A DNA stretch of 64,000 nucleotides from the human T2T-CHM13v2.0 reference genome, Homo sapiens. Within the stretch, counting starts at the first letter, position 1. Every line of letters begins with the position of its first letter. This document shows positions 13,270 through 31,285 of the stretch, piece by piece. The notes beneath the pieces are model-generated. The model worked only from the letters and a program-made list of their open reading frames with translations. It was not told where the DNA came from and did no database searches. The stretch lies in the NCBI RefSeq assembly GCF_009914755.1, contig NC_060938.1. One strand, written 5' to 3'. Position numbers and translations under genes: made by a program.

Positions 13270-14860
13270 TTTTTCATTTTTGTACACATTTTATTTAGAA
13301 AAATTAAAAACCTTCAGACAAGTTACAAAAATAGTACAATGAACGCATATAGTCTTTCCCTGGAATCACCCATTACTTACATTTTGCCATATTTGCTTCT
13401 CTCTTTCTGAACCATTTGAGAATTAGTAAAATATTGCATGCCCTAATACATTATTCAGCTTGTGACTCCTGAGAATAAGGGCATATTCTATATAAGCACA
13501 ATAATGTGTCACTGGCAAAATACTGTTATCTAATCCATAGATCTAATCTATGCAGATTTCCCCATTGTTCCAATTTAGTCTTCTATAGTGGTTTTTTGTT
13601 TTTCTATTCAGGATCCAATCAAATATTACATTTTGTTGTCATATTTCCTTAGTCTACTGTACAGCCATTTCCTAGACTTTTTTTTTGTCTTCCATGACAT
13701 TGACATTTTTAAATATTCTAGACTGCTTGTTTTACAGATATCCTTAAATTTGATTGTTATCCATGTTTGATGGTTCCTACATGTTTAGATTCAGATTTTT
13801 AAAAATCTGCAGGAATATTGCTTAGTGAAACTGTATCCCCAGTGTACAACATTTGGGAGTATGTGATGCTATTATTTTGCAGTATTGGTGATGGCACATT
13901 TGATCATTTGGTTAAGACTGTGTTCACCAGATGGCTTCATTTTAAAGGTGCCTTTTCCCTTTGTTATAAGCATTCTCTGGTAAGATATTTTGAGATGTAT
14001 GCGTGTCCTATTCCCTAATAGCCTCTCCCCATTGGTATCTACTGATTCTTGTTTGAATCACTTACTCTTATAGTTTTTGTAAAATGGTGATTTTTCATTT
14101 CTGTCTTTCCTTCTACATTTATTAGCTGGATTCTCTGTAAATAATAGCTTTCTCTTGTGTGGTAGGCAGAATAATGGTCCCTTAAAGATGTCTACCTTCT
14201 AATTTCCAGAATCTGTGAATATGTTATCTTACATGGCATAGGATGAATTAAGGTTTAGATGGAATTAAAGTTGCTAATCAACTGGCCTTAAGATAAGGAG
14301 ATTATCCTGGACTATCCAAGTGGGCCCAATGTAATCACAAGAGTTTTTTAAAGTGGGAGAAGGAGGTAGAAGAGGCCAGAGTGTTGTGATGTGAAAAAGA
14401 CTACATGCAACCATGGTTGACTTCAAAGATAGAGGAAGGGGACCATAAGCCATAAGCCAAGGAATGGAAAAGGGAAGGAAACAAATCCTACCCAGAGCCC
14501 ACAGAAAGGAACACAGCTCTGCCAATTCCTTGGTTTTAGCCTGGTGAGACCTGTGTTCGACTTCTGATGTACAGAGCTGTAAGACAATAAATTTGCCTTA
14601 CAACAACAAATGTGTTGTAATTTGTCACAGCAGCAAAAGAAAACCAATATTCCCTCTCGACTCCTTGTAAGTGTGGATACATGGATTCTTTTATAAGTAC
14701 ATTATAATCTATCTCTATCACTATTCATTTTTGCATTCAAATTGTCTTAAACTTGGCCCTCAAGAGCCCTTTTAAGCTCTTAGTGACATGTCCCTAATCA
14801 GTTTTTGAGTATTTCCCTTTTTTGACATTGCAAGATATTCTAAGCCTATTTTGTGATTCC
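13270..14860 (-). mobile_element. Old L1M (L1MC/ME) 3' UTR, interrupted by MLT1D
   Basis: Collinear similarity with 48930-50220 (ATCCAATCAA..., CAAATTGTC...TTGGCC). Confidence 0.6.
14158..14650 (+). mobile_element. MLT1D-like MaLR LTR
   Basis: TGTGGTAGGCAGAATAATGG start, GGAGATTATCCTGGA, AATAAA, CACAGCAGCAA...AATA end. Confidence 0.85.
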
Positions 14861-15334
14861 CACACATGATTCTGCAGTGTTTCTTATGATGATACTGCAA
14901 AGACAAAGTAATAGTGACTGATCACTGGGATAACACTGTTACTTGGCTTTGAAAGTTTGCCCACAAGAATGAAAAGGACGAAGTGATTGACATTTTAAAT
15001 GTTAATCCTCCTGTGTCTGCTTTGCATGGTGTTCCTGCCAGTGCTGAGTAAGTAGCAGCAGAGATTTATGAATATCTTCACATAAACTTGAAAGAGAAAT
15101 TGTTGTCTTTGACTACAGAGGCTGAATATTGTTCTAGAGTCTGTCCATGAGTGTCTGTATCATTCAGAATTGTTCAATTCAGAAACTGTTCAATATGAAG
15201 TCCTCTAAAAAAATTCTTCAGCAGAATTCTTAGCTAACTTTTTCAGTTAGTAGTGGTGCATAGAAAGAGATTGAATTCAGTGGTCCAGAGTAAATACATT
15301 GAAATCTCACATGGTTTCAGACTTTCCGCTCCCA

Positions 15335-15667
15335 TAGTGGTCACAAGCACAAACGCTTACTTGGCCCTGGCAGGAAATGTGATTGAGTGAGGCAGGCTGG
15401 ATCCTGAGCTGAACTGAAGAGTGTGGCCTGTCCTGAATGGGGCAGGTGCAGTTCTCCAGCTGATTCTTGCCATTGGAGAGAAGAAAGCCCAGGTTTCCAG
15501 GTTTTTTTAAGAGACGTCTAGAAATCTAGAGTTGTATACGAATTCTTTCCATTTCAGAAGCTAAGCAATGAATTCAATTTCATTTTTAGAGCACCATGAG
15601 AAACAAACCAACCATGTCTGCAGGCTGGATTTCATCCTTGGGCTACCAGTTTCTAACCTCTGGTCTA
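15335..15667 (-). mobile_element. MER102-like hAT element
   Basis: CATGTCTGCAGGCTGGATTT...CCAGTTTCTAACCTCTG terminal block. Confidence 0.6.
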
Positions 15668-15720
15668 AGATGTACTGGTAATCAGCATTATAGGATACAG
15701 AGGGCTATCTAGAGCAGGGA

Positions 15721-16500
<780 letters not shown>

Positions 16501-16633
16501 TCATGGTCCAAAATACGTTCAACTTATTTATAATCATTTTAATGGTAGCATGTAATGTTATTGAGTATAATTAAGCCACCATGTTACAGTTTATTTTTGT
16601 TTTTACAGTTAACTTTCTAGTTACTGAACTTGA

Positions 16634-16768
<135 letters not shown>

Positions 16769-16889
16769 TAAGCTGAAAATCCCAGCCACCTAACTGACTT
16801 TACCAGTTAACAGGGCCAGCTCCAGGAAGTACATGGGACCAATGCTTAGTGGTGGTCCAGAACTCAGATTGAATTTTGGAGTGGCTTTA

Positions 16890-17770
<881 letters not shown>

Positions 17771-17859
17771 TGAACAGACACTTCCACTATAGACACTTTG
17801 TGACAGTTGATAAAAGTCTGGTTCCTAGCTTGAGATTTGTAAGAGACATTTTGAGGAAG

Positions 17860-18176
<317 letters not shown>

Positions 18177-18561
18177 GTGAGGGAAGTTCTGATACCAGTT
18201 TGTATCCTGTCTTGTTGCTGTTTTATTTCTGGCACTTAACATGGCGCCTTATTGTTGAATTAATGGACAAAAGAATTTTAATGGATGAATGGGTGAATTC
18301 TAAGTCGGTTTGCTACTATAAGGTTTATCTCTGATCAGCACTTCATACTCAGTTTCTGCAAGGATAAGGAAAGCCTGAGAAAGAAATGCAAGAATATTAA
18401 GAGACATCATGGGTTTCTATAGAAGGGTTAATTTATTTTAGTTTCTGCATCGGGGATTTGCCCAACCCTCCCATTCCTTGAACTTGTTCTGTGATACACT
18501 GCTTTTGTCTCACTAGGCTCACGTACTAATTGGGCCACCCCGGTGAGTACACTGTGGATGA

Positions 18562-18762
<201 letters not shown>

Positions 18763-18881
18763 TAATGCTCTTTGTAGCTGCTTTGCTTCATTTAAAGGTA
18801 CATGACATTGGGGCATGTAGCCAGCAAAGGTAATTAGTGTCCTTAAAGAAGAGGAAGATGAAAATGAAGAAGAAGAAGGAC

Positions 18882-19178
<297 letters not shown>

Positions 19179-20203
19179 AGAAGAAGAAATTTTTCTGGTA
19201 CGGAACAGCACTCTGCAAATCAAACTGTTGTGTTCATATCCCTGAGCATGAATGAACACTTTCTAAGGGCTATATAGACATGGATGGTTTTAAAGGAGAT
19301 AGTTTCTGGTTCTCTTTCCTAAAGTTGAGCTGCTTGGGAGTACCTCATGAGGATGGGTTTGCCTTTCTTACTTCCCCTTCACAGTTACTGTTTTTTCACT
19401 TTTATTAAAGAATGGCTCACCTAGAATCTTAGTCTGGTATATTGTCCTTAGGTGTAGAAATTTTCAGGGTTCCAAAGAAAGGTAGAAAAAAATTAGTGTC
19501 TAATTTAATTCTAGTAATAGCATAACAAATCCTTTTTGCATGATGGTAGTTTCTATTTCTTTGTTTTTAAAATAATTGAAGGATGATATAATCTAGCTAT
19601 TAGCTGATCATTAAACATAATTTTGATGACAGATCATTTTATAATTTTTTGATGTGTAATTAGGAAGGAGTTCACAGAGTTGAGCGTCATTGGTGTTTGG
19701 ATGAATTGTATACTACAATACTTGCAGTGATAATCAGTCATGTATATATAAACAGTTATAGCCTTACGGTCACAGGGAATTAAAAATATATGCCAATTCC
19801 TATGTATAATTTTGCTGTACAGAAGGTATGATATGATGTAAAAGACAAGTATTAAATACGTTAGGCTAACCTGTTGTTTGTGGGAAATGAAAGAATTAAA
19901 AACAAGAGTGACTGGGGGATAGTGTCTGTGTGGCAGTCTGAGGGAGGCTTTTCTGGCATGCTGGGAATGTTCTATACAGAACTTGAGTGGTGGCTACACA
20001 GTTGTGTTCACTTTGTAAAAATTCATTATGCCCTGCCGTGTTCTTTGTATACTTTTCTGTACATACGTTAACTTCATTAAAAAGCATATTTTAAAAAGTG
20101 AAAATTTTACTGACAGAGCTTTTCCTTTAATAACATTTTAAAAATGAGGTATTGAATCTTGATGTTGTTTAGGTTCCCTTCAATATACTTAAAAGTGTGG
20201 TGT

Positions 20204-20499
20204 TGGCTAGGTGCAGCGGCTCATGTCTGTGATCCCAGCACTTTGGGAGGCCAAGGCAGACAGATCGCTTGAGCCCCAGGAGTTGGAGACCACTCTGGGC
20301 AACATGGCAAAACCCCGGCTCTAAAAAAAACAAAAAATTTAGCTGGGCATGGTGGCATGTGCCTAGCAACTTGCGATGCTGAGGTGGGAGGATCACCTGA
20401 GTTTGGGGTGGTCAGGGCTTCAGTGAGCTATGATTGTGCCACTGCACTCCAGCCTGGGTAACACAGAGAGACTCTGTCTCAAAAAAAAAAAAAAAAAAA
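20204..20499 (+). mobile_element. AluJ
   Basis: Sense dimer with A tail; TSD AAAAG(T/G)GTGGTGTT. Confidence 0.9.
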
Positions 20500-20714
20500 G
20501 GGTGGTGTTATGATTTTGTCTTAATGTAATATTTACCATTCATCATATTCTTTGGAACAATTTAAATTTATGATGAAAAATCTTACATGCTAGCTTAAAC
20601 ATGCAAGAGGATATATAGTTTCCCCAAATTATTCTAGGATGTACCAAGCAAAGAAGTTTGAAAACCACTGATGTGGGGCATCTGTAGGAGAGTGCATTCT
20701 TTTTCTTAGCCTCT

Positions 20715-21130
20715 GGTTCAGTGTTTGTAATTCCCTAATGATAAGAATTACCTAGGGTACTTTTGCAAAATATGCATTCTCAGGTCCCATTGCAGATTCA
20801 TGGAAGTTACCATCTCTAGAGAAGGTGTATATTTGAGCACTTTCCTAGTTACCTTACCTTTCCAGGTAAATATGTACCTAGAAAGCTATATATTTAAAAA
20901 GCATTGAGGTAATTTGTAACAGGGAAGTTTGGAAATTACTGTTGTAGATTACATCAGCAGTTAGTGTGGGTCCTGGACCATCTGTATCAGAATCTTCTGG
21001 GGTACTTGTTTAAAATGCAGAATCCTGGGCTTCATCCCAGAATTTTGAGAGGTGAGACCCAGGAACATGCATTTTTTAGGAAGTTCTCTAGGTGATTCTT
21101 ACATACACTAAAAATTGAGTACCTCTGCTC
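20715..21130. mobile_element. Two adjacent MER5-family hAT MITEs
   Basis: ATCAGAATC...AAAATGCAGAATCCTGGGC...CAGG..CATGCATTTT...AGGTGATTCTTA. Confidence 0.7.
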
Positions 21131-22340
21131 TGGATTTCAGAAGAGGGCCGTAGATAAGAAAGAAATGTTTGTGGTACCTAGATTTGCCAAAGCAGTTTCT
21201 GAACTCATAGAAAGAAATTTGAACTGTGGAACAGGTTGAGTAAGTTTTTAATGATTACCACAAAGGTTCTTAGTTGGTTTTGAAGGAGTGGAACAAATCA
21301 TAGATCAATGAGTCCAGTCGAGGCTAACCAAGGTGCCTTTTTGGAGTACTGTACACAAGAATGTACCCCTGATATAATAGTAATTATTACCCTGGTTTTA
21401 AGGTGCTAATTGCCCCGATTTTCTTTATAACTTTGCCTCTTCTATATCCATCTCTCAATGATGTAGTTAAGTTCTCAACGGGGTTCCTAACCTGGGTCTT
21501 TACTGTAATAGGATCATTATACTCTAAAATTAAGGCCTGTCTTGGGTCCCATCTGGAAGGGTCATTTCAGGCCCGTGGTGCTAGTGATGATAAGAGTTCC
21601 ACATAGTTACATGAGAGGTTGGGCAGTTATTGCTATGGCAATACATTTATAAACGTGGATTAGATAACCATGTGTTTGATTTTCCTGGACAGTCCTTTTT
21701 AAAAATATGCTAAATGCTTTTCCCCCTAAAACCAAATTAAGATAACATCTCAGAAATTCTGATGTTTTAGTAGCTAATCTTTCTCAATTTACATTCTACT
21801 TAGAATTAACTCAGAATTTTTTTTTTGCCATGCTATGTTTCTCAGAAGGTCACATCTGTAGATACCTGTGGTATAAAAACTTCCAGAATGCTTTGGTTTG
21901 GGAGCTTGCTTTTAGTTGGAGTACTGGTGTTTTTTTCACTATCTGAGTAATCCAGATGATTTTATGCTATTAGAGAATCATGATTCCATTAAAGTAAAAC
22001 ACACAGGGGTCCTAAAATATTTTATAATGATTTATAATAGTGAATAGCACAGACTCTGTTGAAGGTTTTGAAGCTAGAATTTCTTTCACAGGTTCGGTTT
22101 TTATAACCTGAAATTTTGGGTATATTTATCAACAGTCAAACTTTTTTGTTGTTGTTTACTTATATTTGAAATCTGTTTTAGAATAGATTTTTATACCTGT
22201 GAATCAATTTTTAAAAACCCATTTGAAATAAGGGTCATAGACCTAAAAATAAAACATAAACTGTAAAACTTATAGAAGAAAACATAGACAAGATCTTTGC
22301 AACCTTGTGTTAGACAAAGGATTCCTAGATGCAACAATAG

Positions 22341-22781
<441 letters not shown>

Positions 22782-23116
22782 TAACTGATAAAGAATTTGT
22801 GTCCAGAATATATAACAAACTCTTAAAACTCAACCATAAGGAAACAAACAACTTTATTTTTCAAAGTGGGTAAAATATCTGAATGGATGCCTCACCAAAG
22901 AAGATACAGGGATGGCAAATAAAAGAGGCTCGTGAAAAGATGCTCAATAGCATTAGTAATTAATGGAATACAAATTAAAACTATACAAAGTATCAGTATA
23001 CCCGTTAGAATGGCTAAAAACAAAAGCCAGAAAACACCAAGTGTGGGCCAGGATGCATGGCAACTGGAACACTTTTGCTGGCGGGAATGCAGAGTGGTAT
23101 AGCCACTCTGGATAAC

Positions 23117-23980
23117 TGTGATCTTGTGAAATATGTAGTTAGTCTTCCTCGTGTTTCCTGACATATAACTCCTTGGCTCCTTGGAATCTCCAGAGTGAGA
23201 AGTGTCCTTTTATATACTAATGACTTAACTGGTGCCTGGCAGTCCCTAGGTAGCTTCCGGATGGGGATTGGTTACAAGAAAAGACCAAGGCATGATTAGA
23301 GGGTTATAACTTCCAGCCCACCCCTCAGCCTCCAGGAAGGGAAGAGGGGCTGAAAGTTAAATTAGTCACCAGTGTCCAATCAATTATGCCTGTGTAATGA
23401 AGCTTCCATAAAAACCCAAAAGGACTGGGTTTGGAGAGCTTCTGGGTAACAGAATACATGGAGATTCTTGGCCAGTAGTGTGCCTGGAGATCGCATAGAG
23501 GTTCTGTGCCTCCTTTCTCATACCTCGCCCTGTGCATGTCTTCCTCTATATCCTTTGTAATATCCTTTTTAATAAACCAGTAAACATAAATGTTTCTCTG
23601 AGTTCTGTGAGCTGCTCTAACAAATTAATTGATCCCAAGGAGGGAGTCGTAGGGATGCCTATTTATAGCCAGGTGGTTAGAAGCACAGGTAAAACAACTT
23701 GGGGCTTGCTATTGGCATTGGAAGTGGGAGGCAGTCTTGTGGGACTGAGCCTTCAACTTATGGGAACTGACACTATCTCGAGGTAGGTAGGGTCAAATTT
23801 GAGTTGAATTAGAGGACACCCACTGCAAGATTGCTTGCTTTGTGTGTGGGGAAACACACATTTGGTGTCTAAAGTGTTGAGTGATTATGTTGAATTGAGA
23901 GTAGAGAGTAGGAAAAACACTTTGGTTTTTCCTCAATATCTCAGAATATAGCAGGAGAAACGGAGCTTGTTTTCCTCAGA
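23117..23980 (+). mobile_element. MER21-family solo LTR
   Basis: TGTGATCTTGTGAAATAT start; internal AAAGACCAAGGCATGATTAGAGGG; 5-bp TSD ATAAC at 23112 and 23981. Confidence 0.8.
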
Positions 23981-24016
23981 ATAACCATTTGGCAGTTCAT
24001 TATAAAGTTTAACATA

Positions 24017-24544
24017 TGTGGTGATTGTAAAATGTGTCCATAAATTCTTTGACATTGTTTTCAAAAGGTTTAACTTAATTTTTCTGTTCTTGAGTGTTGA
24101 CTGGATTTAGTGACTTGCCTCTAACTAGTGGAATATGACAGAAGTGATTATCGCTTCTGAGACTAGATTGTAAAAGACATTACAGCTTCTTGCTCACTTT
24201 CTTGGATCACTTGATCTGGGAGAAACCAGTTGTCACGTCAGGAAGGCACTTGGCCTTATGAAAAAGTTCATGTGGGGAGGAACTGAGGCCTCCTGCCAGC
24301 AGGCAGCCCCATGTGAGTGATGAGCCATCTGGAAGTTGGGTTTTCCATCCTCTCTTGAGCCTGATGACTGCAGTGCTGGCCAGTATCTTGACTGTAACCT
24401 CATAAAGGACCTTGGGACAGAACCACCTAGCTCTCTCACTCCCACATTCCTGGCCCCAGAAACTATGAGGTCATAAATATATACTGTTATTTTAAGCTGC
24501 TGTGTTTTAGGGTAATTTGTTGTACAGCAATAAATAACTAAAAC
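24017..24544 (+). mobile_element. MLT1F/G-like MaLR LTR
   Basis: TGTGGTGATTGTAAAATGTGTCC start, CTTCTGAGACTAG, CAGCAATAAATAACTAAAACA end. Confidence 0.8.
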
Positions 24545-25296
24545 AACTTACTGAACAACCAAGCAGTCCCACTTCTAGAGAAATAAAAACTTACGTTTAC
24601 AGTAAAACTTACAAAAACGTACATTCATATAAAAATCTATATGGAAATGCTTTATAGCAACTTTATTCATAATCTCCAAAAATTAAACAATCCAAATGCC
24701 TTCAACTGGTGAATGGATAACCATGGTACATCTATACAGTGGATTACTACTGAGCAAGAAAAGGGACAGAATACTGATACATGCAACAATGATACATTTC
24801 AAATGAGTTGTGCTCAGTGAAAGAAGCTAGTCTCAAAAGGATACACACTGTCTGATTCCACTTATTTGACTTTCTGGAAAAGGCAAAATTATAAGGACAG
24901 AAAACAAATGAATGTTTTCCCAGGGGCTGGAGGTGATTGGGAGGGTCCACTACAGGGGGACTTGAGGTAACTTTTTGGGATGTTGAAACTGTTGTTTATC
25001 TTGATTGTGGTGGTGGTTACATAATTGTATGTGTTTGTCCAAACTCATAGAATTACACATTAAAAAGGGCAAATTTTACTGTATGGAGATTTTATCTTAA
25101 TGAAAAAATCTGACCAAAAAACCCATTTGATAAAAATGATTAATAAGCCTTTTGGATTAACAGCGATATGTTTAGGATACAATACTATCTTCACTAACCG
25201 GTCTAGGACTGTGAACTGTAACTCTTTAGAATGTGATAACACAGGAAAATTCTGAGTCATAGTTTACTGAATGGAAATACTTTTTTGATTTTTCAG

Positions 25297-25427
25297 GTCT
25301 TATGAACTTACCCGGAAGGACCGACTGTACAAAAACATTATTCGAATGCAGCATACACATGGATTCAAGGCTTTTCACATCCTCCCCCAGACCTTCCTCC
25401 TGCCAGCTGAGTACGCGGAATTTTGTA
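25297..25427 (+). CDS. TTLL5: TTLL5 coding exon (probably exon 6), 131 nt
   Basis: ttttcAG|G ... TGTA|GTaagt; encodes (R)[43 protein letters not shown](N). Confidence 0.97.
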
Positions 25428-25730
25428 GTAAGTGCTTGACAGAGAATGCCCCAGTCCCCAGCAACTGAACCTGGGGAATATTTACCCCAAAAGCCTCCTC
25501 AAGGTGTCAACCAATCAGGGCTTTCCAAATCCTTAGACAACTGTGACTCTTTAGTAAAACAGTTGCAGAGGTAACTTTAAAAACTATTTTTATTCTGATA
25601 TGTTCAGTAAACTTGTCAGTATCATTTATGTAAGGGCACACTGGCATCATATAAGCATGCCCCTGTCTTATGTATTTTTTGCTTGAATGTCCCTTCTCTC
25701 CATTGATGACTTAGTGCCTATGTAAGTATT

Positions 25731-26024
25731 ATTTTTTTTTTTTTAAGAGACAGAGCCTCCCTCTGTAGCCCAGAACCACAGTGGCACGATCATGGCTCAC
25801 TGCACCCTCTGCTTCATGGGCTCAAGTGATCCTTCCTCCTCAACCTCCCAAGTAGCTGGGAATACAGGCATGCACCATTAGGCTCAGCTAATTTTTTAAT
25901 TTTTTGTAGAGATGGGATCTCGCTCTGTTGCCTGGGCTGGTCTTGAACACCTGGGCTCAAAGGATCCTCCACTCTTGGCTTCGCAAAATTCTGAGATGAC
26001 AGGCATGATCCACCACACCCGGCC
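25731..26024 (-). mobile_element. AluJ
   Basis: Diverged antisense dimer; TGTAAG on both flanks. Confidence 0.88.
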
Positions 26025-27689
26025 TGTAAGGATACTTTATATTCCTGCATGTGAATTATACATGCTTCCTTTTCGGTATCCCTTTTTCGCTTGCCATTTA
26101 AGAACATTCTTTCAGCCTTGATTTCTTGTCTTCTGTAATTTATGTTCTTTGAGGGTAGAGATATCGCATATCTTTGGATGTTAGGGTTTGGAGCTACAAG
26201 TTAGTCACATTCTCTCCCCTTTGAGTTCAGACTAATAAAAAAAAATACACGTAGGAGCCAAATAGGCACCTAAGTGTCAGCTGTATGGCTGGTAAAGTGA
26301 CACAGAAACACATGGCCTGGATCCAGATCTAAAATGGGCTTCTTATTTATTTTGCATCATTGTGAACTTACCCACCCAGGCCAGGCAGAGGCGCTGGGCT
26401 GGTTTCAGGCTTTCCTCCACAGGGGCAGAGCCTGACTCAGTAGGCTTAATGCACAGAAGAGACATGAGTACAGATGAGATGTGAGGCAGGTCTCTTGTGA
26501 AAGTCCAAATTACGGTGGTAATAGCTAACATTTACTGAATGTTTACTTTCTAGTAGGCACCTCTACTCTGGTAGTATTTTAGATGAGGCGACTAAGGTAC
26601 AGTTTGGTTAAGAAACTTTCCATGAGTTATGCAGCTTGCAAATGGTAGAGTTAGGGTTCAAACTGGCAGTTTGGCTTCAGAGGCCATGCTCTTCGTCTCT
26701 GTGCTTCATTGCTAATGGCACTGGGCAGCGTGCATGCAATGACCATTCCCCAGTAGCATCGGTGTGAGAGAAGTCACTTCTCCCATGAGGAACATCAGGT
26801 GAGACACACAGAGAGGACAGTTTTCCTCCCAAGAAGTCCAAGAAAGATACTATTTCTGTTTTATGGATAGACGAAGTAGCATGGGGAGAAGAGAGAGTTA
26901 TCTCTAGACTTCCTGACTTTTGATTCTTTTAACATGTTAGGCTTGCCAGTCTCTCTGGGTCACCTAGTGGGTTGTTCATCTTTTGGCAGAGGAGACCAGC
27001 AGTTCATCAGGAATGCCTGCTTCACCATTTATCTAATAGCGTTTGTTGCTCTATCTGGGGCCATTGGTTGGCAATTCATTGTTTGCCCACAGATGGCTCT
27101 GCAGTGGGTCACATAGAGCACTAATTAAATGAATCAACTTCAGAACTTCAGTGCACTCAAAGCTGCAAATTTGTAGTCAAGAAATTTTTTGCTATGTGAC
27201 TTTAGCCAAGTTACTCCAACTTCTGTGTGCCTTAATGTCCGCATCTATAAAATGGGAGTATTGCTGGTGCTGACCTTATAAAGTTGTCAAGATATTTAAG
27301 TAGGTTAGTATGTGGAAATCACTTGGGATAGTGCCTGATAGGGGTGGCTTGATAAATGTTTAATACTATTTCCTATTTCAGGCTATGTTTGTATTAGTAA
27401 TAGTTATGTTTAACTACTCACTATATTAATACTACTATGTTTTTACTATGTTTTACTATTTTATTTTTGTATGTTTTGTTTAACTACTAACTAAAGTTGT
27501 AGTTATGTTATTAATAACTACTATTAATTAGTATTAGTTAAACAATACTAATTAATATTATTATGTTCTGGCCCTCCAGTGCTTAATTGAGTGTGGGCAA
27601 TAGGAAATTTTTTTGGAAGGAAAGGGACACCATAAACAGACTGGCCTTTAGAAAAATAACTATGTGAAATGAGTCGGTGGAAGCAGAGA

Positions 27690-28480
27690 GAAGAAACTGG
27701 TGGTCTCTTTGAAGGTTACTGCAGTGAAGTGGATAAAATGGATAGGTATGAGTAGAAAGGGTGCAAGAACAAACATTACTGCCTGTGTATGGGGAGCGAG
27801 GCAGGGGTCAAAGAGGAATCCTAAGGTTTGAGTCTGAGTAGCTAGGAAGACCATTGGGTTTTTAACCAGGGAATGTAACCAGGAAGACAAAGGAGGAGCT
27901 GTTAAAGGGGTAGAGGAATGTTACATTTTGGACAGGGTATGGATTTGGATGTCGATGGGGCATCCAGGTAGTGTGTTTTGCAGGTGGCAGTTGTAAGAGC
28001 AGGTTTGAGTTCTGGCCAGAGATGTAGATTCTGGAAGCTGCAGTATGGAGATGGGTGTGATTACTAAGGGAGAGAAAAAAAGCAGCAGCACCGCAGAGAA
28101 TCAGAGAGGAAAGGGAGATTGAAGAGGAACAAGGGAATGAGGTCTCAGAGGAGGCAGGAGAGGGTTAAATCAAGAACCCCAGTAGAAGGGTGAGCATTTG
28201 AAAGAGAAGTGGGCATGTGTCTCCTGAAAGAGGAGAAGGAAGAAGGCTAAGTTGATGACCCAGATAACATTTTAGATGGAGAGGAAAGCAGGTAAATAGG
28301 TTTATGTTACAAATTCCTAGCCTTCTTAGTGAACAGGTTGATGAGGTCTTATGCCAGGAGTGAAGGGGCCTAGGGATGGGTGGGTGTCTAAAAAGGCAGA
28401 AAGGGATTGGAATAGCCTCTGCAGGGCCTTTGAAAGAGAACTGATAAGGATTGGACATGAGGATTGCCTAAAAACACTAG
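27690..28480 (-). mobile_element. L2 fragment
   Basis: Purine-rich antisense L2 blocks (GGTTTGAGTCTGAGTAGCTAGGAAGA, GAGATGTAGATTCTGGAAG). Confidence 0.6.
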
Positions 28481-29393
28481 AGACACCAGCCAAGGTGATC
28501 TCATGAAGGTATAGCTTTTTGTTCTAATAAGAGACAACCTGTAAAGATATAGCCTAGAGACTAATCACTGTCTCCAGAGATGTGAAAGCCTAGGTACTCC
28601 CCAAACTGTTCTCAGTAATTTGAGTGTAGTGGTTGGAATACATGGCACACTGGTCTATCTAGGCTCCTGCCATCACTGCCAGTTACAGTATTTAGTAGAA
28701 TAGAATTAGAGGTCTGTGACCCTGAAGACCGTGACTAAGGATCTGTTGCCAACTCCAGCCATTCCCCTCAAGGGGACAGCTTTCTAAGCAGAAGGAAGAA
28801 AGAAGCAACAAAGAAGAAGATGGGGTGGTACCAGTATCAGAAAAGCAAAACTTTCCCCAGAATTGGGCTCTATGGCCATCTCTAGTTGTAAGGGAGATTG
28901 AGAAGTGATTCTAACATGTGAATTTTCATGTCCGCCAACTAATTACAGATGACTAGATTTCAAAGCAATGGGTAAATTTGTAGAATTACGATTTTAGAAT
29001 TATAAGAGATCTTAGTAAATCAGGCTAAATTTTACAAATCTCATTTTAAAGATAAGACTAGGTGATTTAAGCAAATTACCTCTAGAGTCATATACTTGAA
29101 AAGCCAGAATTACAACTCAGATCTTTCTACTCCAGGTTCATTGCTGTTTCTGTTAGACCAAGCCTGCTGCCACTGTAGGAACTGGAAAGCACTTGAAAGA
29201 ACTGGGGAGCCTGTTTTAGTACATCTTCATCCTGAAGCAGAGAGTCCTGAGCAAGACTGCCCGGCCTTTGCCTCTGATTTTTCTTGCTTCCTACCCACAC
29301 ATTTAGAACCTGTAAAAGAGAACAATCCTTGTTCTGAAAATATCACAAATCAAGGAGAAAAGCCTAGCATGAAAGACAGTCTTTGATATTTAG

Positions 29394-30821
<1,428 letters not shown>

Positions 30822-30889
30822 GCCAGAAGCATTAACTTCTGATAAGCCTAGTTCACAAAGTAGAGGGTACTGTCTCCAGATGGCTTTGA

Positions 30890-31030
30890 CCCCTTCCCTT
30901 CCCTGCCCTCCCCTCCCCTCCCCTCCCCGACTTCCCTCTCCCACTTCCCTCCCCTACCTTCCTCCCGCTACCTTTCCCCCTTCCCTCCCCTCTCCTTCCT
31001 TCCCTTCCCCTCCCCTCCCCTCCCTCCCCA
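30890..31030. repeat. CT-rich low-complexity tract (expanded Alu tail)
   Basis: Mosaic of CCCTT and CCCCT units, ~140 nt. Confidence 0.9.
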
Positions 31031-31285
31031 GGGTCTTGTTCTCTCACCCAGGCTGTGGTAATCATAGCTCCCCATAACCTCGAATTCCTAGGCTCATGTA
31101 ATCTGCCCACCTCAGCCTTAGAAGCAGCTAGGACTACAGCCACACACCACCATGCCTGGCTAATTTTTTTATTTTCCATAGAGACAGTCTCAGTAGGTTG
31201 GCCAGCCTGGTCTTGAACTCCTGGCCTCAAGGGATCCTCCTGCCCCAGTCTCCCAAAGCGCTGGGATTACAGGTGTGAGTGAGCC
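31030..31285 (-). mobile_element. AluJ
   Basis: Diverged antisense dimer. Confidence 0.85.
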
